From assembly GCA_021731095.1 (NCBI GenBank), contig JAKFYA010000033.1, forward strand, positions 1 through 37,526: DNA of 37,526 nt, given 5' to 3'. This stretch comes from Acidobacteriota bacterium (GTDB lineage: Bacteria > Acidobacteriota > Vicinamibacteria > Vicinamibacterales > UBA2999). The position numbers and the translations under genes were made by a program. Shown here piece after piece: positions 1 through 7,820 of the stretch. Position 1 is the stretch's first letter. Each line of letters starts with the position of its first letter. The notes under the pieces are model-generated. The model did not search any database. It was not told where the DNA came from and saw only the letters and a list, made by a program, of their open reading frames with translations.

Positions 1-283
1 GCCGGTCGAAGCACTCCACGAGCCGCATGTTCGGCTCGGCCACCTTGACCACGTCGCCGAGCGAGATCGTGTCGGGATCGCGAAGGAGTCGCATGCCGCC
101 CGTTCGCCCGGGCAGCATCTCCACATACCCATGCTCGCCGAGTGTCTGCACGACGCGGACGAGGTGATGCTTGGAAATACCGTAGGCGTCGCTGATACGA
201 CGCGTCGGGATCACCTCCCCGGGATGGGACCCGAGGTAGATGAGCACCCGAAGCGCGTAATCGGCGTGAAGGCTGAGCTGCAC
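1..283 (-). CDS. Rrf2-family (NsrR/IscR-like) transcriptional regulator; only the N-terminal 94 codons are in the window
   Basis: Not in the ORF track (GTG start at 283..281, runs off the window edge). My reverse-strand translation is MQLSLHADYALRVLIYLGSHPGEVIPTRRISDAYGISKHHLVRVVQTLGEHGYVEMLPGRTGGMRLLRDPDTISLGDVVKVAEPNMRLVECFDR, a typical Rrf2 winged-helix N-terminus. It lies 36 nt downstream of the reductase gene on the same strand. Confidence 0.8.
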   Translation of the reverse strand, partial: MQLSLHADYALRVLIYLGSHPGEVIPTRRISDAYGISKHHLVRVVQTLGEHGYVEMLPGRTGGMRLLRDPDTISLGDVVKVAEPNMRLVECFDR

Positions 284-319
284 GGCACTGTCGATTAGAC
301 CACAGCGCCGACGCCGCGT

Positions 320-1267
320 TCAGGTGGCCGAGGGCAGGAACGCATCCGCGTGGATGTCGTTGAGCGATGCGCCGGCGAGAAAGACCTTCTTCCTGAGCGA
401 CTGGACGAGCGTGGGATCGCCACAGAGGTAGGCCCGCCAGTGCTTCAGCGACGGATGGGTGTTCAGGATGAGCGCGTCGAGTGGCCCATCGGCCGCCAGA
501 GTTGCCAGCGTGTAGGAGAAGTTCGGCGTCTGCGCAGCCATCCCGGCCAGCTCATCGCCCAGATACAGGCCGGCCGTATTCACGACGCCGTGAAAGAGGC
601 GGATCGGACCCCGGTGTCCCTGTGCGATGGCATCACGCGCGATGCCGTACAGGGGCGCCAGCCCGGTGCCTGTACCCGCCAGCAGCAGCGGTTGCTCTTC
701 ACGACCGGGTACATAGAAGCACTCGCCGGATGGGCCCTGCACCGACAGGGCCTGGCCGACTCTGGCCTGCGTGGCCAGCCACTGGCTCATCTGGCCACCG
801 GGCAGTATGCGGACATGCATCTCCAGCATGCCCTCCGAAGGCAGGCTCGCCACCGAGTAGCTGCGCGCCAGTCCGTCCTCGCGCAACAGGGCGACGAACT
901 GGCCGGCGCGGTACTCGAACGGTGCGCGTGTCTCCAGCCTCACACGCAGTACCGAGTCGGTCAGCCGCTCGAGCGCGGAGATGACCGCCGGTACGCGTGC
1001 CTCGTCGCCAGCCGGCGCCGCGACGAGATCTGACTCGAGTCGGCACAGGCAGGCGAGGAAGTACCCGCTGGCGCGCCAGGCATCCTTCAGCCCCGCCTGG
1101 GCGGCGGCGGGAGGCGGCGTCTGTGCGGCCGCCTTGAGCAGGCACGAGCCGCAGACGCCGGCACGGCACGAATGCGAGATGGGCAGGCCGCGACGCAGAA
1201 GGGCGTCGAGTACGGTCTCGCCCTCCTGCACGTCGACGGCCGTGCCCTGGTACTCGACCCGCGGCAT
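320..1267 (-). CDS. Ferredoxin-NAD(P)+ reductase-type oxidoreductase with N-terminal plant-type [2Fe-2S] ferredoxin domain
   Basis: 315-aa ORF. It has the CRAGVCGSC...C 2Fe-2S motif near the N-terminus, the RSYSVAS flavin-binding (RxYS) motif, the GTGTGLAPL NAD(P)-binding (GTGxAP) motif and a C-terminal CGDP motif. Its ATG (1267..1265) directly abuts the TAG of the upstream globin gene (1270..1268). Confidence 0.85.
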   Translation of the reverse strand: MPRVEYQGTAVDVQEGETVLDALLRRGLPISHSCRAGVCGSCLLKAAAQTPPPAAAQAGLKDAWRASGYFLACLCRLESDLVAAPAGDEARVPAVISALERLTDSVLRVRLETRAPFEYRAGQFVALLREDGLARSYSVASLPSEGMLEMHVRILPGGQMSQWLATQARVGQALSVQGPSGECFYVPGREEQPLLLAGTGTGLAPLYGIARDAIAQGHRGPIRLFHGVVNTAGLYLGDELAGMAAQTPNFSYTLATLAADGPLDALILNTHPSLKHWRAYLCGDPTLVQSLRKKVFLAGASLNDIHADAFLPSAT

Positions 1268-1648
1268 CTACCGGTTCAAGACGTCGGCGCGGGTCGTCTC
1301 CGCGATGGCCGCAACCTGGCTAATCAGGTTGTCCGCCACGCCGAGTTCCTTCAGCGTGCCACCGAGCAGCTCGATGATCGCGTCGAAGTGGGTGTCGTTG
1401 AGGCCCTGCTTCACCAGATGGGCATGCCCCGCGCGCATGTCCTTGCCGGTGTAGTTGTGCGGTCCACCAAACGCCATGGTGAGGAACGCCTTCTGCTTGC
1501 CGCGCTGACGGTCCATGTCGACGCCTTCGAAGAAGCGGAACACACGATCGTCGCTGAGTACCTTGCGGTAGAAGATGTCCACGGCCGCGTCCACGGCGGC
1601 AGCGCCGCCGAGCTGGTCAAACAGTGAGGGTGACTGAGTAGTGGTCAT
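1268..1648 (-). CDS. glbN: Group I truncated haemoglobin (trHbN, 2-on-2 globin)
   Basis: 126-aa ORF. LFDQLGG...AVD.FY.KVL.D..V..FF...DM..Q..KQ..FL..AFGGP..Y.G.DM..AH..L is the characteristic trHb group I pattern, including the GG hinge motifs and the proximal His region (AGHAHL). Confidence 0.85.
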   Translation of the reverse strand: MTTTQSPSLFDQLGGAAAVDAAVDIFYRKVLSDDRVFRFFEGVDMDRQRGKQKAFLTMAFGGPHNYTGKDMRAGHAHLVKQGLNDTHFDAIIELLGGTLKELGVADNLISQVAAIAETTRADVLNR

Positions 1649-1650
1649 AA

Positions 1651-1688
1651 GTTGCAGTGAGAATGCATCGTTATGACAACGCTGTCAA
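1651..1688 (-). promoter_or_regulatory. Candidate glbN promoter/operator: TTGACA (-35-like) plus an imperfect palindrome centred on ATGCAT
   Basis: The minus strand reads cTTGACAgcgttgtcataacgatgCATTCTcactgcaactt-ATG. TTGACA is at 1688..1683, followed after 17 nt by a weak -10 (CATTCT). GTTG-N8-ATGCAT-N8-CAAC dyad symmetry spans 1651..1680. There is no clear Shine-Dalgarno sequence. Motif-level evidence only. Confidence 0.3.
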
Positions 1689-3180
1689 GCCTCCGGTTCG
1701 GCCACCAGATCGATGAACCCTCGATCCACGTCCACCGAGGCCAGACGCACGCGGACCTCGTCGCCGACATCCAGTCCCTCGCTGCCCCGCACGACTCGCC
1801 CTTCAACGGGAACTGTCAGCAGACGGGCCCATGTGCCTTTGGCCGACGCACCGGTCACGCGCGAGGCAAACACCTCGCCGATACGGGACTCCAGCAGCAT
1901 GGCGGCGGCCGACTTGGCCACCTGACGCTCGACCTTGTTGGCCGCGTCCTCCTGCCGCGTGAGATGCGTGGCCAGCTGCTCGAGCGCGTCATAGGTATAG
2001 GGAGATGGTGCTGCCGCGAGCGCCGCCTTGAGCAGGCGCTGCGTCACCAGGTCTGGATACCGGCGGTTCGGCGCCGTCGAGTGCGTGTAGTCTTTCACCG
2101 CCAGGCCGAAGTGCCCTGGCGCCGGGGCGCCGGGGCGCTCCGCGACATATTCGCCGGCACCCAACAGCTTGATCACCGCCAGCGACAGGTCCGGGAAGCG
2201 CTCTGGCGCAGCCATCCGCCGGCTGACCAGAAAGGCATCCAGCGCCACCGGATCCGCGACGGCTGGCAGGACGGCGCCCTGCCCGGCCGCCAGCACCACG
2301 ATGCGGTCCCACCGCTTCGGTGTTCGCACGACACGCCGGAGTGAGGGCACCTGCCGCTCCGCGAGAAAGCGGGCGGTCACACCGTTGGCGGCAATCATGA
2401 AGTCTTCGATGATCTGCGTGGCCCGGCTCTTCCGTTCAGCATCGAGACCGAGAAGGCGCTCGCCCTCGAAGACGGGGCGCGCCTCGACGGTCTCCAGGCT
2501 CAGCGCGCCCTGCACGTGGCGCAACTGTCGCAGACGCTGCGCGACCTGATCCTGGACGCGCAGGTTGGTCTCCAGTCCGGGTACGGCCGCCAGCGTTGGC
2601 GGCGCCGGGCCAGGCCATCGAGCCAGGCCGCCACGCCGTGGTAGGTGAGTTGGGCGTGGTTGCGGACGCGCGCCCGATACAGATCGCCACGTTGAATCTC
2701 GCCGCTGTCAGCCACCTGCATGTCGACCACGACAGCCAGGCGCACCTCATTGAGGTTGAGGGAGGTCAGGTCGGTCGAGAGCGCTTCAGGCAGCAGCGGA
2801 AAGACGCCTCCAGCGGTATAGACGGACGTGGTGTTGTGTCGCGCATGCACATCGATGGCAGAGCCCTGCGGGACCAGAGCATCCACGTCGGCCACAGCCA
2901 CACGAATGACCGTCGTCCCGTCCGGGCGTACCTCGGCCACCGTGAGCTGGTCCAGGTCGCGGGAGTCGTCGTTGTCGATGGAGGCCCAGAGCAGATTGGT
3001 CAGGTCCCGGATGTCGAGACGATCGACGCCGGACTCGACGGGGCCTGCCGAGGAGGCGGCGATCTGTCGAACCTGTGCTCCGACGGCGGAGGTGAAATCA
3101 GCCAGGAGCCCGCGCTGCTGCATGGCGCGGCGGGCAATCGTGCGGAGGATGGCGCGGTGCTCGTTGGAGGAGTGAGGCAT
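1685..3180 (-). pseudogene. RNB-domain exoribonuclease (RNase II/R family, RNB + C-terminal S1), interrupted by a 1-nt frameshift near 2600-2612
   Basis: ORFs 2500..3180 and 1685..2524 are collinear halves of one RNB protein. The first reads sensibly up to ...LTYHGVAAWLDGLA and then becomes an Arg/Cys-rich out-of-frame tail. The other frame is open from about 2610 and reads GPAPPTLAAVPGLETNLRVQDQVAQRLRQLRHVQGALSLETVEARPVF...IIEDFMIAANGV...HFGLA...YTHSTAPNRRYPDL (RNB catalytic motifs). It ends in an S1-like barrel (GEVFASRVTGASAKGTWARL...). The fused length would be about 498 aa. Confidence 0.8.
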
Positions 3181-3208
3181 GGCTCGTCTCGGGGGACTCG
3201 CGCAAGTC

Positions 3209-3625
3209 CTAGGGCGCCAGAGTCTGCACCATCAGGAGACCGAACTGATTGATGAAGCGGGCGTTGTGCGCGGCGAAGATATCCTGGGCGCACTCGCGGC
3301 GCTCCGTGCCGTGGGTCAGAACCATGACGACGCAGTGCCCGGCCAGTAGTTCGCTTTCGTAGTGGTGCATGTGCTCGCCCTCCACCGTGAGGTGGTGGAG
3401 CGCATGGCTGAATCGGCCCAAGGCGCCGTGATCGTCGCCGCTGAAGTCGATGAGCCTCGCTCCGGCTGCACCGCAGTGCACATCGAAGGACTGGCCGAAG
3501 CCCGCCGCGTTGAGCGCGTCAGTCGTGGCCCGCACATCGGCCTGTTCGTCAAACACCGCAACCAGCCGGCTGAGGCTGTAGTCCATCAATCGCTCGCCGG
3601 GTGTGGTGGAGGCTTCGGAATTCAT
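3209..3625 (-). CDS. Hypothetical small His-rich protein (N-terminus resembles a YflT/general-stress-type domain)
   Basis: 138-aa ORF with AGGAGA 6-11 nt upstream of the ATG. LVAVFDEQADVRATTDALNAAGF resembles the beta-alpha-beta start of YflT-like stress domains. It has a His-rich core, HALHHLTVEGEHMHHYE. Function unknown. Confidence 0.6.
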   Translation of the reverse strand: MNSEASTTPGERLMDYSLSRLVAVFDEQADVRATTDALNAAGFGQSFDVHCGAAGARLIDFSGDDHGALGRFSHALHHLTVEGEHMHHYESELLAGHCVVMVLTHGTERRECAQDIFAAHNARFINQFGLLMVQTLAP

Positions 3626-3713
3626 GGCTGGTCTCCTGCTGCGCGGCGACGGGATGTCCCCTCACCAGCGTGCATCCCGCGCCCCTCGACCGGGTGTCCC
3701 GCCTTGAACAGCC

Positions 3714-6194
3714 TCAGGCCGGATGACCCGGACCAGACGACGCGGCATGGTGTCGCCAGGTGAACCGGGAGCACAGCTCGGCCCATGCCCAGGCCACGGC
3801 TGCGCCGCCCAGCACGAGTAGCCAGAGCTCGACCGGCAGGGCCGCGCTGCCAAGGAGCCGCGCGGTCACCGGCACGATCGCCACGACTGCCTGCAGGACC
3901 ACCCCGCTGGCGACCGCGACATGCAGATAGCGGTTCGGCAAGGGTCGCGTCCAGGTGTGGCGGGCGGGATAGGTCAGCAGCAACTGGCCAATGGCCATGA
4001 AGTGGAAGGTCGCTGCCCTGGCGACGTCTGTCCCGTAGCCCAGCCAGGGCACCAGCGCAAGAATGGCCAGTGCCAGCACGGCCTTCCCGACGCCGGCCTC
4101 AAGCACGAATCGCAGGGACGCGCGGTCGAGGAGCGGGGCGTCTGCTGGACGCGGCGGCTGACCCATCACACCAGGTGTGCGGTCGAAGGCCAGGGCAATG
4201 GCCGGAATGCCGTCGGTCATCAGATTGATCCAGAGAATCTGTGCCGCTGTCAGCGGCAGCAGCAACGCCCCGGCGTCATCGCGCATGCCGAATGCGAAGG
4301 CGGCCATGGCGCCGACGGCGACCACGAGGACCTCTGAGAGGTTGGTCGAGAACAGGAAGCGCAGAAACGTCTGGATGTTCTCGTAGATGGATCGCCCCTC
4401 TTCGACGGCGCCCACGATGGTGGCGAAGTTGTCGTCGAGCAGCACCAGGTCCGCCACCTCGCGGCTGACATCGGAACCGCGCTGCCCCATGGCCACACCG
4501 ACATCCGACCGTTTCAGGGCAGGGGCGTCATTCACGCCGTCACCAGTCATGGCGACAATCGCGCCCTGCGCCTGGAGCAGTTCGACCAGCTGCAGCTTCT
4601 GTTCGGGACGGACGCGGGCGAACACGTTCACGTCTCGCGCCGCCTCCTGGAGCGGGGCGCCCTCGAGACCATCAAGTGCCTCACCGGTCAGAACCCGCTC
4701 GCCAGGTATGCCAATGAGTGTGGCCACCGCACGCGCGGTGGCCGGGTGGTCACCGGTAATCATGATCACGCGGATGCCAGCCGCGAGGGCCGTGGTCACC
4801 GCTCCAGTAACCTCGGGCCGGGGCGGATCCCAGAAGAGCACCAGCCCGAGCAGAGACAGGCCTTCCTCGCGCTCGCCGTCACCCATGGCTACAGCCAGCA
4901 CGCGGAACCCCTCGCGCGCGTGGGCCTCGGCCTTGCCGTTCCACGAGGTGCGGTCCGATTCGGACAGCGCACACCGCCCCAGCATCACTTCGGGAGCGCC
5001 CTTGAGGTAGCTGATGGTGCCACCGCCGTCCTGGACGGTGACACGGGCATATTTCCACGCGCTGTCGAAGGGACGCTCGGACACCCGGGGATGCCGCTGC
5101 CGGAGCATGGCCACGTCCACTCCACCTGCTGCCGCGAACCTGAGCAGACCCAGCTCCATCGGATCGCCAGCGCCGGTCGACAGGTCTGCGTCGTTGGCCA
5201 GCGTCATGGCGGTCAAGGCACGCGGGCCATCGAGGGCATCGAGCGTGCGGACTTCCATCAGGCTTTCGGTGAGCGTGCCCGTCTTGTCCGTGGCGATCAC
5301 CGTCACCGAACCGAGGGCCTCGACGGCCGAGAGGCGACGCACCACGGCCTTCAGCCGGGCCATCCGTTCCACGCCGAGAGAGAGCGCAACGGTGAGTACG
5401 GCCGGGAGGCCCTCTGGCACGGCGGCCACGGCCAGCGCCACGGCGAAGATGATGATGTGGGGCGCACGGCTGAGGCCCTCACCAATCAGACCTGCCACGC
5501 CAAGCGTCACGGCCAGCACCAGGACCCAGCGGGCAATCTGCCGCCCCAGGTCGTCCACGCGCCGTTCAAGGGGCGTCTGCGCAGACTCAATGCCACCCAG
5601 CAGCGTGGCCAGGCGTCCCATGGCGCTCCGTGCGCCGGTGCGCGTCACCTCAAGCTGTGCCTTGCCACGGACAAGCAGGGTGCCACTGAACACTTCGTCG
5701 CCCGCACTCTTGTCGACGGCCATCGACTCGCCGGTGAGCACGGATTCATCCAGCATCACGCCTGCCGACTCGCGCAGCACCCCATCGGCGGGAACCCGGT
5801 CTCCGGCCTCAAGGCGAACCACATCGCCCGGCACGAGCGCATGCACGGGCAGACGGACGAGTGCCCCCTCCCGATAGACCCAGGCCTGGGCGCCGGCAAG
5901 GGCCTTGAGACGGGCGAGGGCAGCCTCGGAGCGCCGCTCCTGATAGAGGCCGAGCGCGGCGTTGAAGAGAAGAATGAGTGAGATGGCCAGCGCCTCGACG
6001 GGCCAGCCCGACGCGCCCTCGTAGACCCACACGCCCAGGTCGAACAGCAGCGCGAACAGCAGAATGTAGATGAGTGGGCTGCGGAACTGGGCCACCACGC
6101 GTTGCCACCATGGCGGCGGCGGCGCCTCGGGCAGCGCGTTGGGTCCCACTTCGCTCAGGCGGGCGGCGGCGGCGGCGTGTGACAGTCCGGTCAT
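3714..6194 (-). CDS. P-type cation-transporting ATPase (type II, Ca2+/Mg2+-ATPase-like)
   Basis: 826-aa ORF with LTGES (actuator), DKTGTLT (phosphorylation site), PEGLP in TM4, MITGDHP and TGDGVNDAPAL (hinge), plus multiple TM helices. Confidence 0.92.
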   Translation of the reverse strand: MTGLSHAAAAARLSEVGPNALPEAPPPPWWQRVVAQFRSPLIYILLFALLFDLGVWVYEGASGWPVEALAISLILLFNAALGLYQERRSEAALARLKALAGAQAWVYREGALVRLPVHALVPGDVVRLEAGDRVPADGVLRESAGVMLDESVLTGESMAVDKSAGDEVFSGTLLVRGKAQLEVTRTGARSAMGRLATLLGGIESAQTPLERRVDDLGRQIARWVLVLAVTLGVAGLIGEGLSRAPHIIIFAVALAVAAVPEGLPAVLTVALSLGVERMARLKAVVRRLSAVEALGSVTVIATDKTGTLTESLMEVRTLDALDGPRALTAMTLANDADLSTGAGDPMELGLLRFAAAGGVDVAMLRQRHPRVSERPFDSAWKYARVTVQDGGGTISYLKGAPEVMLGRCALSESDRTSWNGKAEAHAREGFRVLAVAMGDGEREEGLSLLGLVLFWDPPRPEVTGAVTTALAAGIRVIMITGDHPATARAVATLIGIPGERVLTGEALDGLEGAPLQEAARDVNVFARVRPEQKLQLVELLQAQGAIVAMTGDGVNDAPALKRSDVGVAMGQRGSDVSREVADLVLLDDNFATIVGAVEEGRSIYENIQTFLRFLFSTNLSEVLVVAVGAMAAFAFGMRDDAGALLLPLTAAQILWINLMTDGIPAIALAFDRTPGVMGQPPRPADAPLLDRASLRFVLEAGVGKAVLALAILALVPWLGYGTDVARAATFHFMAIGQLLLTYPARHTWTRPLPNRYLHVAVASGVVLQAVVAIVPVTARLLGSAALPVELWLLVLGGAAVAWAWAELCSRFTWRHHAASSGPGHPA

Positions 6195-6200
6195 GACCTT

Positions 6201-7454
6201 CTATGCAGGATGCGGCGGCGGCATGCTGTCGGTGCCTGGGTCTTCCTGGCGGCCTGGATATCCAAGCACCGTGAGCAGCGGAGCGGTCATGGCCGTGGTG
6301 ATGAAAGCCATCAGCGCCAGAATCGTGAACAGGGCCGGCGGGAGCAGTCCACTCTGAAGACCCACCACCAGTAGCACGATCTCCACCAGGCCGCGTGTAT
6401 TCATGAGCGCACCGAGACCCAGGGCCTCTCTCCAGCCCAACCCTCCGACACGCGCCATCAGGGCCGGAGGCAGCACCTTCCCAACAACGGCCAACAGGAC
6501 CACCAGTGCCAGCAGCCCGAGCAGTCCCCCGCCGGGGACTAGGGCCACGTTGATCCTGAGGCCGGTCGTGGCAAAGAAGAGCGGGAGCAACAGAGTGACG
6601 GTGAGGGGCTCGATCCGCTCAGCCAGCAGTGGGCCGATGGTCCTGTCGCCTGACAACAGGACGCCGACAAGGAACGAGCCGAACAGGGCATGGACGCCCA
6701 GTGCCTCTGTCACACCCGCCGAGGCCAGTGCAACCAGGAGCACGAGCGTGAAGCGTCCAGGTGCCGAGCGCGTCCGATTCAACTGCGCCCGGAGCAACGG
6801 CCCGACCACCAGCACCATGACGACCGCATAGAGCACCACCAGCGCCAGTGTGCCGGTCACGCTCGGCCGGCGCGCACCATGGAGGGAGGCCACGACAGCG
6901 AGGGCGCCCCACGCCACGACGTCATTGAACGACGCCACCGCAATGGCGGTCGTGCCGAGCCTCGTGTGCTCAAGTCCGTGCTCCTGGACGATGCGAACCA
7001 GCACAGGAAAGGCCGTCATGCTCAGGCTGAGGCCAATGAACAGCACGAAGGCCGTTGCCGATGCGTCAGGAATGGCAAACCGGGCGAGAAGCGGCACTCC
7101 CAGCGCCAGTCCAAGCAGAAACGGCACCGCAAAGCTGACCAGGCTGATGGCTGCCACCTGGGGGCCGCGCGTCCGCAGATGCGCGGCGTCCATCCGGACG
7201 CCGACCAGCAGCATATAAAGGATCAACCCGACCTGGCTGAAGGCCTCCAGCACGCTCAGACTGCCTTGGGCAAAGACGGCCGCCGACACGGTGGGCGCCA
7301 ACTGACCCAGCAGCGATGGGCCAAGGGCCAGTCCGGCCAGCATTTCCCCAACCACACGCGGCTGGCCGATGTGCCGCATCAGGTTGCCCAGCAGGCGGGC
7401 TGCCCCCAGGATCAGGACGATCTGCACGAGCAGAATCAGATTTGGAGAGGCCAT
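6201..7454 (-). CDS. Cation:proton antiporter, CPA2 family (Kef/NapA-like Na+/H+ or K+/H+ exchanger)
   Basis: ORF-track frame 6201..7991 trimmed to the ATG at 7454 (MASPNLILLVQIVLILGAARLLG...GQPRVVGEMLAGLALGPSLLG, a typical CPA2 N-terminus). It is hydrophobic throughout with about 12 predicted helices. It ends 6 nt before the ATPase start, so it is probably co-transcribed. Confidence 0.88.
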   Translation of the reverse strand: MASPNLILLVQIVLILGAARLLGNLMRHIGQPRVVGEMLAGLALGPSLLGQLAPTVSAAVFAQGSLSVLEAFSQVGLILYMLLVGVRMDAAHLRTRGPQVAAISLVSFAVPFLLGLALGVPLLARFAIPDASATAFVLFIGLSLSMTAFPVLVRIVQEHGLEHTRLGTTAIAVASFNDVVAWGALAVVASLHGARRPSVTGTLALVVLYAVVMVLVVGPLLRAQLNRTRSAPGRFTLVLLVALASAGVTEALGVHALFGSFLVGVLLSGDRTIGPLLAERIEPLTVTLLLPLFFATTGLRINVALVPGGGLLGLLALVVLLAVVGKVLPPALMARVGGLGWREALGLGALMNTRGLVEIVLLVVGLQSGLLPPALFTILALMAFITTAMTAPLLTVLGYPGRQEDPGTDSMPPPHPA

Positions 7455-7620
7455 CTGCAGCACACATGATGCGGCCAGAACGGTGACCTGGCCGACGCTG
7501 GGATTGTGACACTTCGGGAACCGGACACGGTCACCGGACTGACCGATGCCGGGTAGAGGCCTGGTGGTGATGCTTCCTTCGGGCCGGAAACAAAGGCCTC
7601 CCGGTGCCCGGGGGCTGTCG

Positions 7621-7626
7621 TATACT
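7621..7626 (+). promoter_or_regulatory. Possible -10 element (TATACT) for tRNA-Ser
   Basis: TATACT lies 15 nt upstream of the mature tRNA 5' end. I see no convincing -35. Confidence 0.25.
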
Positions 7627-7640
7627 GGGGTGCTCGCAGT

Positions 7641-7734
7641 GGTGAGGTGGCTGAGTGGCCGAAAGCGGCGGTTTGCTAAACCGTTGTACGACCTTAAAGT
7701 TGTACCCAGGGTTCGAATCCCTGCCTCACCGCCA
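7641..7734 (+). tRNA. tRNA-Ser (anticodon GCU), encoded CCA
   Basis: Manual cloverleaf: acceptor GGTGAGG/CCTCACC; anticodon stem GCGGT/ACCGT with loop TTGCTAA (U33, GCT, A37); long variable arm GTACGAC-cttaaa-GTTGTAC (type II tRNA); T arm CAGGG-TTCGAAT-CCCTG; discriminator G + CCA. Confidence 0.93.
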
Positions 7735-7820
7735 TTCTTCCGGCCTCGGCCGACTTCCGCTTCATCAGGTTCCGGCACCTTCCTGATTCTTCCCGGCGCG
7801 ACACGAAGGTATTCCCACTG

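Noticed and set aside
2596-2615. Programmed ribosomal frameshift in the RNB gene
   Set aside because: There is no slippery heptamer (X XXY YYZ) or obvious downstream stimulatory structure at the shift site. The context is a G/C run prone to indel errors, so a mutation or sequencing error is more parsimonious.
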